64,000 bases of DNA from a virus (taxonomy: Duplodnaviria; Caudoviricetes), in the IMG/VR virus record IMGVR_UViG_2896115756_000003, positions 2,869 through 66,868 of that record, one strand, 5' to 3'. The notes under the pieces are model-generated. The model had not been told where the DNA came from and made no database searches. It saw only the letters and a program-made list of their open reading frames with translations. The position numbers and the translations under genes are program-made. Positions 19,754 through 29,145 of the stretch are shown in pieces (the first letter of the stretch is position 1; each line of letters starts with the position of its first letter).

Positions 19754-20560
19754 GTGCCGTACGTGTGGCCGCCGCTGCTACCCGGCGATCAGGAAGAGGT
19801 CGCCGGCCGAGTCGCCGCCGTCCTCGAGGACGCCTGGCAGCGGCTGATCGCCAAGCAGGCCGCGGTGATCACGGCCTTCGCCGACAACTGGCGCACCCCA
19901 TACGTGCTCGCCACCTTGGCCGAGTTCAGGAGAGCGATCGAGGACTTCCACAGGGCTGTGGACGAGGAGGCGGCAGGCTTCGTGCGGCGGCAGCTGCCCT
20001 ACCTGTACGAGCAGGGGGCAACAGCGGCCGTCGCCGTGTCTGGCGGCAGGTTCGCGTGGACGCTGATCCACCGCGATGCCCTCCAAGCCCTCGCCGCCGA
20101 CTCCTACGCCGACTTCCTGCGCCGCTCCCAGGAGGCCGGCCGGATGGCCGAGCAGTTCTACCGGGCGGCCCGAGCCGCCGCCCGCCGGGAGGTGCCGCTG
20201 CTGGCGGCAGGGAACACCACCGCGCGGCAGGCAGCCCGCGCTCTCGCCGACCGGCTCACTGCCGAGCACCGGCTCGACCACGTCATCTACCGCAACGGCG
20301 CGCGGGTCCCGGTCCGCGCCTGGGCGGAGGCGGCGACCCTGGCGAAGAGCGCGGTCGCCTACAACTCGGGCACCCTCAACCAGGCCCGCCAGGCAGGGGT
20401 CACCATGGTCGAGGTCTTCGACGGCCCGGACTGCGGGTGGACCAGCCACACCGACCCGGACAAGGCCACCGGGACGGTACGGTCCGTCGACGAGGCAGCC
20501 GCGTGGCCGATCTCCCACCCGAGGTGTCGTCGAAGCTTCGGGCCCCGTCCCGATCTGTGA
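19754..20560 (+). CDS. Phage minor capsid (MuF-like) protein
   Basis: C-terminal DGPDC...HPRCRRSF motif. Confidence 0.75.
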   Translation: MPYVWPPLLPGDQEEVAGRVAAVLEDAWQRLIAKQAAVITAFADNWRTPYVLATLAEFRRAIEDFHRAVDEEAAGFVRRQLPYLYEQGATAAVAVSGGRFAWTLIHRDALQALAADSYADFLRRSQEAGRMAEQFYRAARAAARREVPLLAAGNTTARQAARALADRLTAEHRLDHVIYRNGARVPVRAWAEAATLAKSAVAYNSGTLNQARQAGVTMVEVFDGPDCGWTSHTDPDKATGTVRSVDEAAAWPISHPRCRRSFGPRPDL

Positions 20561-20606
20561 CGGGGGAGGTGGCGCCGGCAGGGGCTCACCGGGCAGGATC
20601 GCGTGC

Positions 20607-21635
20607 ATGAAGCTTCTCGTGCTGGGCGGTACCTGGTTTCTCGGTCGAGCGGTAGTGGTTGAAGCTCTGTCACGTGGCTGGGAGGTGACCACGTTCACCA
20701 GGGGAAGGTCGGGCATCCCGGTCCCCGGTGCGGTTGCCGTGCACGGAGACCGCGAGAACGCCGACGACGTGGCGAGGCTCGCCGCCCAGGGACCGTGGGA
20801 CGCCGTGGTCGACACTTCGGCCTCCGAGCTGGCGCCGGTCACGGTGCTCCTGGGCACCCGGGCTCTGGCGCCTGTGGCGGCGCGGTACGTCTACATCTCG
20901 ACGGTGAATGTCTATGAGGGCTGGCCCAGTGAGCCGCTGTCCTTGGACTCGCCTGTTCTCGACGGGCCGCCGGATGCCGACGTCGATTACGGGAGGCTCC
21001 CGGCGGACTGGACGGGGCCGGACTACTACTACGGCCGCCAGAAGGCGGGCGCGGAGCGGGCGGTGCTTGCGGCCTTCGGCGCTGACCGGGCGTCGCTGCT
21101 GCGGCCGGGCGTCATCCTCGGACCTGGGGAGTACGTCGGCCGGCTGCCTTGGTGGCTCCGCCGGGCTGAGCGTGGCGGGCGCATCCTTGCCCCGGGGGAT
21201 CCCCGGAAGACGATCCAGCCGGTGGATGTGCGAGATGTGGCTGCCTTCGCACTGGACCAGGCTCAGCAGACGGGGCTGCAGGTGCACAACGTCGTTGCAC
21301 CGATTGGCAGGGAGACCATGGGGGGCTTCCTGGAGGCTTGCATGACGGCGACCAGCAGTACGGGTGAGCTGGTCTGGGTCCCGGATGAAGTCCTGCTGCG
21401 CAGCGACCTGCGGCAGTGGAGCGAGATCCCGCTGTGGCGGACGCATCCGGGGGTGTGGCAGGTCGACGGGACATCCGCCGTAGCGGCAGGCTTCCGCAGC
21501 CGGCCCATCGCCGAGACGGTCGCGGACACGTGGGCATGGCTGTCACAGGGCAATCTGCCTGTCCCACACGCCCGTTGGGGCGAACACGGGATCTCCCCGG
21601 AGAAGGAGATCAACATCCTGGCCGGGCTCGGTTAG
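20607..21635 (+). CDS. NAD-dependent epimerase/dehydratase
   Basis: LVLGGTWFLG Rossmann motif, YGRQK, LRPGVILGP. Confidence 0.9.
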   Translation: MKLLVLGGTWFLGRAVVVEALSRGWEVTTFTRGRSGIPVPGAVAVHGDRENADDVARLAAQGPWDAVVDTSASELAPVTVLLGTRALAPVAARYVYISTVNVYEGWPSEPLSLDSPVLDGPPDADVDYGRLPADWTGPDYYYGRQKAGAERAVLAAFGADRASLLRPGVILGPGEYVGRLPWWLRRAERGGRILAPGDPRKTIQPVDVRDVAAFALDQAQQTGLQVHNVVAPIGRETMGGFLEACMTATSSTGELVWVPDEVLLRSDLRQWSEIPLWRTHPGVWQVDGTSAVAAGFRSRPIAETVADTWAWLSQGNLPVPHARWGEHGISPEKEINILAGLG

Positions 21636-22984
21636 CTGGCAGGCCCGTCGATGGCGGCCCGCACCGCACCTGGTCCCAGGATCCGTGGTGCGGCCACCAG
21701 CGTGAAGTCCTCGATCCGCTCGGCGAGGGATGACGCTGCGAAAGCTGTGCGGAAGGTGGGCGCAACAAGTTCCTGGCGGACGGCGTTGATCCGGTCGACT
21801 ACCCCGGAGCCGCGCCATTCTCGGGGGAGGCTGAGAACTGGGCGCAGGGCCTCGGCAGCGGCATCGAGATCGCGCCGGAGAAGGAGGGCCATCGCCAGGT
21901 CGGTCGACGCCTGAGGTGCGACCGCGAACGGCGTCGAGCCATCGGGAGCCTGGGCGATGAGGTCGAGCGACAGCCGGGCAGATGACTCGGCCCCGGCACC
22001 GTCGCGCAGCAGGAGGTAGCTCGCACTATTGGACATGGCGACGCGTTCGAAGCTGAAACCGAACTCGCCGCCGATGCCGTCGTGGATCTCGTCCCGGTCC
22101 AAGCTGCGATCCTGCAAGCTTCGCTCTATGGCCTGCTGGGTTTCTTCGACTCGGCCGAGGTGCGCGAAGGCGCGAGCCGCGATCGCGGCAAGCCGTGCCC
22201 GTCCGGTCGCTCCAACCCCCGTGAATTGCTGGGCCCGTTGGACGTGCTGAACCGCCTGGCGGGGGTTGCCGCCCCAGTACGAGAGGATCGCCAGATATCC
22301 GTAGGCGTATGCCTGGAGCGGACCGTGCTCTGCCACCTGGCCGTAGAGCGCGGCGGCGCGGAACAGTTCGACAGCCGTTGGCAGCGAGCCGAGGTCGAAC
22401 GCACAGCCTCCGAGTAGGGCGGAACTCTCTCCAGCCACGAGAAGCAGGCGCTGCCGCTGGGAAGGGAGCTGGGTGCGGTCGAGCATCACGGTAGCGAGCC
22501 CGAGTACTTCCTTGGCCTGCCCGTAGATGATGTGGGGCGGCGTGTTGGTGTGGGCTCGGACGAGGCGAACCAGGTCGTCCTCCAGCTGGTCCAGACTCAG
22601 GTCGGGAAGGATCTGGGCCGCGGCGTTGGTTGCGTGGTTGCGGGCTTCTCGCGCAGTCATGCGTAGTTCACTTTCATCGAGCACGGGGGCCAGCGTGAGG
22701 GCGGCCACCTGCTCGTCGTTCGCTGGTGCCAGTAGGGCTTGGATGGAGTAGCCGGGGAACATCCGCTCCAGAATCCGTGGAGCAGGGTGACGCGGGATCG
22801 CGGTAGCCCCGGAGCGCCACCGCTGCCAGGTGACCTCCGAGATTCCAGCTTCCTTGAAAGCGACATCCCGAGTCGCTTCGAAGAGCTGGTTTCCGGTGCT
22901 TCGATAGGCGACGGCGAACTCGCGGTAGGTCTGGCCCTGTTGTGTGCCTAACAGCCCGAACAGCGTCTTCTTCTCTGCATTCAC
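21632..22984 (-). CDS. XRE-like HTH regulator with TPR-like C-terminal region
   Basis: ISEVTWQRWRSG...ILERMFPG HTH followed by helical repeats. Confidence 0.75.
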   Translation of the reverse strand: MNAEKKTLFGLLGTQQGQTYREFAVAYRSTGNQLFEATRDVAFKEAGISEVTWQRWRSGATAIPRHPAPRILERMFPGYSIQALLAPANDEQVAALTLAPVLDESELRMTAREARNHATNAAAQILPDLSLDQLEDDLVRLVRAHTNTPPHIIYGQAKEVLGLATVMLDRTQLPSQRQRLLLVAGESSALLGGCAFDLGSLPTAVELFRAAALYGQVAEHGPLQAYAYGYLAILSYWGGNPRQAVQHVQRAQQFTGVGATGRARLAAIAARAFAHLGRVEETQQAIERSLQDRSLDRDEIHDGIGGEFGFSFERVAMSNSASYLLLRDGAGAESSARLSLDLIAQAPDGSTPFAVAPQASTDLAMALLLRRDLDAAAEALRPVLSLPREWRGSGVVDRINAVRQELVAPTFRTAFAASSLAERIEDFTLVAAPRILGPGAVRAAIDGPAS

Positions 22985-23429
22985 TGGACAGCCTTGCCTT
23001 CCGCTGATGCCGCAGCTTGTCCTGCGAGGTGCCGTCCCTCTGTGACTACCACGCGAATACAGGGCCGCACACCCGTCACCGTGAAGTGATGGGCGAATGA
23101 TGCCTCGATGCGCCAAAAGCCTCTGACGAGGCATCAAGTGAGGTGGTCGTTGACGTGGTTGTGTTCCGCGTTCGGCGGGACTCTGTCATCTCCGCAAGGC
23201 CCGACGCTCGGGTCCCGGCTATCCGTGAGGAGCCGTCTGAGTTGCGGGTGGTTCTCGATCAGCTCAGCGAGAGGTGCACGAGGTGAGTAACGCTGCAGTC
23301 CAGGGTCGACGGTGCGGCCAGGTGCGGGCACTGGTACGCAGGGCGCTCGGGATACACCGGCGGGGCGAGGTTCGTCGCCCGCCCGGCCGCCCGGCTCGGC
23401 CGGTTCGGGCGCCCTGGCGACCCTGGGCT

Positions 23430-23756
23430 ATGGCGGGCGCGGGCTTCGTGTGCTCGGCGGCGGCGTACTCGGACGACCACGGAACCACGCATCTTGGGTA
23501 CTTCGAGACCGCCGATGCCTACCAGGCCGTGACATGGGCGCAGACCCGCGTCGGACAGCTCGCTGAGCAGCTGCACCCGTGGACCGCCCCGTCCGCCATT
23601 ACTTGGATGGCGAGTGTGGAGGAGGGGCGCGCCGCGATGGCCTCGCTCATGCTGGGCCAGCCGCTCCAGGTCGAGGTCGCGAACGCCGCACGGACACAGT
23701 ACGTCGTGGTGGTCTCCAGGGCGCACAACGAGCAGCCCTCCAGGTGGTTGTCGTGA
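23430..23756 (+). CDS. Hypothetical protein
   Basis: GTGA-coupled to the HATPase gene; start uncertain. Confidence 0.5.
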   Translation: MAGAGFVCSAAAYSDDHGTTHLGYFETADAYQAVTWAQTRVGQLAEQLHPWTAPSAITWMASVEEGRAAMASLMLGQPLQVEVANAARTQYVVVVSRAHNEQPSRWLS

Positions 23757-24277
23757 AGCCGAGCGGGGTCGCGAGGTCCGTGTCGACTCCTCGCCGGCCG
23801 ATCCAGTTGCCTTCGCTGACCGCTGCCCCGAGTGCTCGTTCCTTTGACCACGGGAGCGAGGGCTGGGGAGGGCCGGGAACGCGTGAGCACTACTACGACG
23901 CCAAGGCCGACGAGGTGGAGGCTCGCCGCATCCGACACCGGCTGCTCGGCCTCGCAGAGCAGTGGTGGCCCGCAGCGACGGAAGACGAGCGGGACGCACT
24001 CGGCACCGTTGCCGCCGAACTCCTCGCAAACGTCGTCCGGCACGCTCCCGGACGCGTGACGGCGCTCTTGATCGACTCGGGCAACGGCAGCTGCGTGCTG
24101 GCCGTCGCCGATCAGAGCCCCACGGGACCGGTCACACGGCACGCGGAGCCTGGCCAGGCCGAGTCCGGCCTCGGCCTGGTCCTCGTCCAGGAGCTGACCA
24201 ATAACTGGGGCTGGCACCCGATCCCGCGCGGCAAGGTCGTCTGGGCTCAACTGCCCATAAGCAGCGCCGCCTCGTGA
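23753..24277 (+). CDS. ATP-binding protein (HATPase_c, anti-sigma-like)
   Basis: ELLANVVRHA, VADQSP, ESGLGLVLV and GKVVW motifs. Confidence 0.88.
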   Translation: MKPSGVARSVSTPRRPIQLPSLTAAPSARSFDHGSEGWGGPGTREHYYDAKADEVEARRIRHRLLGLAEQWWPAATEDERDALGTVAAELLANVVRHAPGRVTALLIDSGNGSCVLAVADQSPTGPVTRHAEPGQAESGLGLVLVQELTNNWGWHPIPRGKVVWAQLPISSAAS

Positions 24278-24392
24278 AGCTCCGGCGGCCGCCGTCGGTA
24301 GAACCCGAGCGGCGGCCACCGGCACCAAGTCCCTCCCGGCGCTATCCGGGAGGTGCCTGAAATCAGTTCAACTCGCGATTCCAGAAGGGACC

Positions 24393-25271
24393 ATGAACAC
24401 TACCTTCGAGATCTGCAATGACGCTGGGAAGCCTGGGGGCGACCTGGTCGACAGCATCACCGTCGCTCTCCAGGCTGCTGCCCCCCTTGTCGAGCAGTTC
24501 TCCCAAATGCCGCTCCCGGACCGCGTGACGGTGCGCCTGCTGACGGTCGACGCGAGTTTGGACGTGTCGGCTCAGCATTTGAACCGCGGCTTCGCTGAAG
24601 CAGCGGAGCGCGTTGGGACGGAGAGAGCGCACCAGATGGCCGCGGTGCTTGCGGAAAGGGGCACTCGGCAGTACCGCCAGTCCGAACGGCTCATGAACCC
24701 CCTGCAGTTGGGCAAGGTCGTCTATGGTTCGGAGGACGGGGCTCCGCCAGAGCTGGTGATCACGCCAGCCGCTCACGGGGCGGCACGCTCCACTACGCGC
24801 ATTCAAACCATGGTTTTCGCACACGAGTTGACCCACATAGCTCAGTGCCACAAGTGGCCCGGCATGCTCGCGTTCAACAACCTGCAGCAGCTCGAGATCA
24901 CGCTGACCGGCCGGCCCCGCTCGGAGATGCGGTTGATTCCGCCGGTTAGCGAAGGGCACGCCATGGTCGTCTTCCGGCAGGTAGCCGATGAGCTGTTCGG
25001 GGCAGGCGCCAAGTTCCACGAGAAGGGCGATCGGGGGCCGACGCTGCGGTACTGGGCAACGGCGCTGCTGTCCTTGTTGCCTCCGCTGTGCTTGGTGCGT
25101 CTGATGTACAACCAGGGCACCAAGTTCATCAGGGCGGTCATGGCGGCTGGTGGTCCGCCGCTCGTACATTCCCTGTTCGAGGACGACGGAAAGCGCCTGC
25201 CCGTAGGGGTGGAAGTCGCCAGGCCAGGGCTGTGGTTGGCCCGTTTCGGCCCGGACGGCGGAGAGGCGTGA
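24393..25271 (+). CDS. Zinc-dependent metalloprotease/hydrolase
   Basis: AHELTH (HExxH) plus SEGHA and Y.QG.KF motifs. Confidence 0.8.
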   Translation: MNTTFEICNDAGKPGGDLVDSITVALQAAAPLVEQFSQMPLPDRVTVRLLTVDASLDVSAQHLNRGFAEAAERVGTERAHQMAAVLAERGTRQYRQSERLMNPLQLGKVVYGSEDGAPPELVITPAAHGAARSTTRIQTMVFAHELTHIAQCHKWPGMLAFNNLQQLEITLTGRPRSEMRLIPPVSEGHAMVVFRQVADELFGAGAKFHEKGDRGPTLRYWATALLSLLPPLCLVRLMYNQGTKFIRAVMAAGGPPLVHSLFEDDGKRLPVGVEVARPGLWLARFGPDGGEA

Positions 25272-25483
25272 GACGGTCCCGGTGGCAGCCCACCCGGCAC
25301 GGCATCGCCTCTGCGAGTGACGCCCGCACCGTCCTGCCGGCGGACATCGCGAGCCGGGGCCTCCCCTGGCCGGGGCCTGATACACCGGTCGACCTCGCAG
25401 TCCACCAACTCATCGACGTCATCCGCGAGTCCGTCTACCAGCCAGCGCGGTCCAGGCATGACGTACCTCCTGAAGCGGCTTGA
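25268..25483 (+). CDS. Hypothetical protein
   Basis: GTGA-coupled short ORF. Confidence 0.35.
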   Translation: MRRSRWQPTRHGIASASDARTVLPADIASRGLPWPGPDTPVDLAVHQLIDVIRESVYQPARSRHDVPPEAA

Positions 25484-25526
25484 ATCCGTGCTCGCCTTAA
25501 CCCATCACCAGTGAAGGAAGACGCTT

Positions 25527-26093
25527 ATGGGAATCGCCACTCTCACCGACCTCGCCCCGTCACAGGAGAACTTCCTCGCGCTGGCTGCCAGCGCAAGGGA
25601 CGAGAAGGTGTTTGAATCGCTGTTCATCTGGGGCGATCTGCAGACCCGCGACTATGCGACCGAGCTGTTCCGGCGCGGCGGCACATCGCAGGCTGACGTC
25701 GACGCGGCTGTCGCCGCGCGGCTCGCGCGGCGACAGTACATGGACGGCACCCGCACCTACCACGTCGTGATGACCGAGAGCACCTTGCTCTCGGGCTTCG
25801 GCGGACGAGAGGTGATGAACAATCAGCTCCGTTATCTACTGGAGGCCATGACCACGCCTGGCTTGACGCTCGGCATCATCCCGGCGACGGCTGAGATGCC
25901 GGTCGTCCCCGGTGGCGGCTTCGCGATCATCAACGGCGTGCGTGTGGAGTTCGACGACTACGAGGGCCACAGCACTGCCACCGACATGGCAGCGGTCAGG
26001 CGCTTCAACGACGCCTTCGATCAGCTCAGTAACGTCGCTGTGTTCGGCGACGATGCGCGAGACCTGATCACCGCGGTGATCGACGCCCGCTGA
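25527..26093 (+). CDS. Stand-alone DUF5753-like domain protein
   Basis: GDLQTRDYA, AVAARLARR, GGREVM..QL..L motifs; no HTH. Confidence 0.8.
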   Translation: MGIATLTDLAPSQENFLALAASARDEKVFESLFIWGDLQTRDYATELFRRGGTSQADVDAAVAARLARRQYMDGTRTYHVVMTESTLLSGFGGREVMNNQLRYLLEAMTTPGLTLGIIPATAEMPVVPGGGFAIINGVRVEFDDYEGHSTATDMAAVRRFNDAFDQLSNVAVFGDDARDLITAVIDAR

Positions 26094-26381
26094 TCGACGC
26101 CGGTCACCGGAACTGCCTCCGCCCGATGCTCAACATGCCCTGCTCGGCTGTCGCCGGCGAGAGCATACGGGGCCGCGCCACCCACAAGGACCGTGCGGCC
26201 CCACCCAGCATCTGACGACACCAAGTAACTGCCCAGCTCTTGCGCGGTGGTGAGAGCTGGGAGTTTCGAAGATCGGGCCGACGACCCGGTGTCTCTATTC
26301 CCAACTGACCGGCGCCTTAGGGCACTTGCCTGGGACCGACTCACTCCTCCCTCCATGCGGGGGACTACCGAAAGTACGGAG

Positions 26382-27089
26382 ATGACAGACAAGTCACCAT
26401 GCCACGCCATAGTGATCGCCTCCGGTGGGCTCGACAGCACCACCGTGGCGTACTGGCTCGCCGACCGAGGAGCCATCCTCACCATGCTGTCGTTCGACTA
26501 CGGGCAGCGGCACCGTACGGAGCTGCAGTACGCCGGGCGTATCGCCGGTCACCTCGGTGCTTCGCACGAGGTCGTCGACTTGAGTGGGCTCGGTCGGCTG
26601 CTGACCGGGTCGGCTCTCACGGACCTGGGTGTGAGGGTCCCGGATGGCCACTACACCGCCGAGACCATGCGCAGCACCGTCGTGCCGAACCGCAACACGA
26701 TCATGCTGTCCGTTGCCGTCGCGGGGGCCGTCGCGACGGGCGCGGACGCCGTGGCGTTCGGCGCACACAGCGGGGATCACGCGATCTACCCGGACTGCCG
26801 AGCCAGTTTCTTCGACCAGTTCGCGGCGATGACGCGGGAAGGCAACGAGGGTTTCCTCGCCGACGGGTTCGAGCTGCTGGCGCCGTTCATCGGCCTGACG
26901 AAGGCCGACATCGTGGAGATCGGGCGGCAGTTGGGCGTGCCGTTCGAGGACACCTGGTCCTGCTACAAGGGCGGCCAGGTGCACTGCGGGACCTGCGGGA
27001 CGTGCACCGAGCGGATCGAGGCGTTCGCGCTGGCGGGCGTAAGCGACCCCACCGTCTACGCCAGCGCCACCCCAGGGGCGGCCTCGTGA
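26382..27089 (+). CDS. queC: 7-cyano-7-deazaguanine (preQ0) synthase
   Basis: SGGLDS, FDYGQRH, VPNRN, YPDCR, TWSCY and HCGTCGTC motifs. Confidence 0.96.
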   Translation: MTDKSPCHAIVIASGGLDSTTVAYWLADRGAILTMLSFDYGQRHRTELQYAGRIAGHLGASHEVVDLSGLGRLLTGSALTDLGVRVPDGHYTAETMRSTVVPNRNTIMLSVAVAGAVATGADAVAFGAHSGDHAIYPDCRASFFDQFAAMTREGNEGFLADGFELLAPFIGLTKADIVEIGRQLGVPFEDTWSCYKGGQVHCGTCGTCTERIEAFALAGVSDPTVYASATPGAAS

Positions 27090-27481
27090 CCGCGTTAACC
27101 GGAGAGCACCGGATCGGCAAGCGGTTCCGGTTCGAGGCCGCGCACTACCTGCCCGGCCTGCCCGATGGGCACCAGTGCGCCCGGCTGCACGGCCACTCCT
27201 ATGAGGTGGAGTTCGTCCTGACCGCCGACCGGCTGAGCGGGCCCGGCTTCGTCACGGACTTCGGGGACCTGGCGCCGGTCAAGATGATGATCGACAGTGC
27301 CCTCGACCACCGCGTCCTGAACGAGGCGCTGCCCGAGCTCGTACCGACCTCGGAGAACCTGGCCGCCTACTTGGCCGGCTGGTTCGTCGAGCACGTCGAG
27401 CCCGGCCTCCCTGGCCGCCTGACCGCGGTGCGGGTGTCGGAGACCGCGAGCAGCTGGGCGCAGTTCGAGGTGGCCCGGTGA
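27086..27481 (+). CDS. queD: 6-carboxytetrahydropterin synthase
   Basis: FEAAH, C.RLHGHSY, LDHRVLN and PTSENLA motifs. Confidence 0.95.
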   Translation: MTALTGEHRIGKRFRFEAAHYLPGLPDGHQCARLHGHSYEVEFVLTADRLSGPGFVTDFGDLAPVKMMIDSALDHRVLNEALPELVPTSENLAAYLAGWFVEHVEPGLPGRLTAVRVSETASSWAQFEVAR

Positions 27482-28191
27482 GCGCGCCCGTCCGGGAGGA
27501 ACCCGGGGCCCGGGGACTGCTGATCGCCGAGACCTTCGGCCCCACCTTCCAGGGCGAGGGCCCGACCGCCGGGCGGCAGGCGTTGTTCATCCGGCTTTCG
27601 CGCTGCAACCTGCACTGCCCCAGGTGCGACACCCCGTACACGTGGGACTGGACCAGGTTCGATCCGAGTGAGGTCTCCACCCGCCACAGCGTCGAGGACG
27701 TGGCGGCCTGGGTGACGGACCGGCTGACGGCGCGGGTGGTCGTCACCGGCGGTGAACCACTGATCCAGCAGCGCGAGCTGCTGAGGCTGGTCCAGCTGCT
27801 GCCGGACCGGCGGGTCGAGATCGAGACCAACGGGACGATCGTTCCGCTGCCCGAACTCGTGGGACTGGTCGAGGGGTTCAACGTCTCCCCGAAGTTGGCC
27901 GGCTTCGCGGCCCTGGACGATCAGGCGGTCAACGGCGCGGCGCTGCGGGTGCTGGCGGCGTCCGGCAAGGCCCGATTCAAGTTCGTCGTCCGGCAGGTCG
28001 CGGAGCTGGAGGAAATCGCGGCCCTGGTCGACGAGTTCGATCTGACCGAGGTGTGGGTGATGCCGGAGGGAACGAGCAGTGGCGCGGTGCTCGCGGGGAT
28101 GCGCGCGCTGGCGGACGCGGTGCTGGCTCGCGGCTGGAATCTCAGCAACCGCCTGCATGTGCTGCTCTGGGAGGATGAACGTGGCCGGTAA
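27478..28191 (+). CDS. queE: 7-carboxy-7-deazaguanine synthase (radical SAM)
   Basis: TFQGEG, CNLHCPRCDT, TGGEP, IETNG and SPKL motifs. Confidence 0.95.
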   Translation: MSAPVREEPGARGLLIAETFGPTFQGEGPTAGRQALFIRLSRCNLHCPRCDTPYTWDWTRFDPSEVSTRHSVEDVAAWVTDRLTARVVVTGGEPLIQQRELLRLVQLLPDRRVEIETNGTIVPLPELVGLVEGFNVSPKLAGFAALDDQAVNGAALRVLAASGKARFKFVVRQVAELEEIAALVDEFDLTEVWVMPEGTSSGAVLAGMRALADAVLARGWNLSNRLHVLLWEDERGR

Positions 28192-28203
28192 GGACAGCAA
28201 GAC

Positions 28204-28321
28204 GCCCGAGTGGGGCGGTCGTTCCGGATCCCCGAGGCCGCGCGTGTTGGGTAGCGGCCAAGCGTGTAGAGGGGGGAGCGGGAGCCTGCCTGCCACTCGG
28301 GCTGTGCCCAGCATACCCAAC
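28204..28321 (+). ncRNA. Putative structured RNA (long hairpin plus pseudoknot) upstream of the RT
   Basis: gcccgagtgg (28204-13) pairs with ccactcgggc (28293-302); inner stems present; ggccgc/gcggcc hairpin whose loop gttgggta (28246-53) is complementary to tacccaac (28314-21). Confidence 0.6.
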
Positions 28322-28348
28322 TCCTCGGCTGCGCGCGCCCATTCGCTG

Positions 28349-29131
28349 ATGCCGTTTCTCGTGGATCCCAAGCACCTGAAGCGGGCGGCCCGTGCCTGCA
28401 TGCGCCGGGGTGGGGCTCCTGGAGCGGACGGGATGAGCTGGGCGCAGTTCCGTACCGGCTTGTCCGGCCGCCTCGCAGATCTTGCTGAGCAGCTGCACGC
28501 CGGCACCTGGCAGCCGAGCCCCGTGCGGGAGGTCGCGATCACGGCCTACACCGGCAAGGTGTTCACGGCGGTGATTCCGACCGTCGCCGATCGGGTGGTG
28601 CAGCGGGCGATGCGCAACGCCATCGAACCGGTGCTGGAGGCAAGGGCGTTCGCCGACTGGGTGTCCGGCTACCGGGCCGGTCGCAACCGGATCACGGCGT
28701 TGCGAGACGCCGACCGGCACCTGCGGGCCGGGCACCGGTGGGTGGCGGACCTGGACGTGCGCCAGACCTCCGCCGGGTCCAGCGCGGCTGAGGTCACTGA
28801 CTGGCTGGCCGAGCATGTCGCCGACGGGACCTTCCTCGGCTACTTCCGCAAGGTGCTGGAGCCGCTGCCGTACCCGATCGTGCCCGGCACCGCGCTGGCG
28901 CCGCTGCTGATCAACTTGCGGCTGTCTCGCGCAGACGCGGCGCTGGCCGGCTACTGGGTGGTGCGGTTCGCCGACAACTACTGCCTGTTCTGCCGTGACG
29001 AGAAGCAGGCTCGCGAGGCGATGGCCGCCGTCATGGAGGCCCTGGCCGGGTGCGGTCTTGAGCCGCATCCGGACAAGAGCCAGATCCGATGCGGTGTCAA
29101 CGCCGAAGATCTCTTCCTGATCGCCGGATGA
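28349..29131 (+). CDS. Short group-II-like reverse transcriptase domain protein (FADN motif, no thumb)
   Basis: GAPGADG (RT0), IPTVADRVVQRA (RT2), SGYRAGR, ADLDV (RT3), VRFADN (RT5), HPDKS (RT6-7); alternative GTG start at 28304. Confidence 0.88.
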   Translation: MPFLVDPKHLKRAARACMRRGGAPGADGMSWAQFRTGLSGRLADLAEQLHAGTWQPSPVREVAITAYTGKVFTAVIPTVADRVVQRAMRNAIEPVLEARAFADWVSGYRAGRNRITALRDADRHLRAGHRWVADLDVRQTSAGSSAAEVTDWLAEHVADGTFLGYFRKVLEPLPYPIVPGTALAPLLINLRLSRADAALAGYWVVRFADNYCLFCRDEKQAREAMAAVMEALAGCGLEPHPDKSQIRCGVNAEDLFLIAG

Positions 29132-29145
29132 GGGGAGGCGACATC

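Noticed and set aside
26100-26381. Class I preQ1 riboswitch upstream of queC
   Set aside because: No recognisable short stem with an A-rich 3' tail
28349-29131. Classical retron RT
   Set aside because: Lacks the retron NAxxH and VTG signatures; the N-terminal GAPG.DG is group-II-like
28192-29145. Group II intron
   Set aside because: Only ~150 nt upstream and ~15 nt downstream of the RT ORF, leaving no room for domains I-VI; no maturase or endonuclease domain
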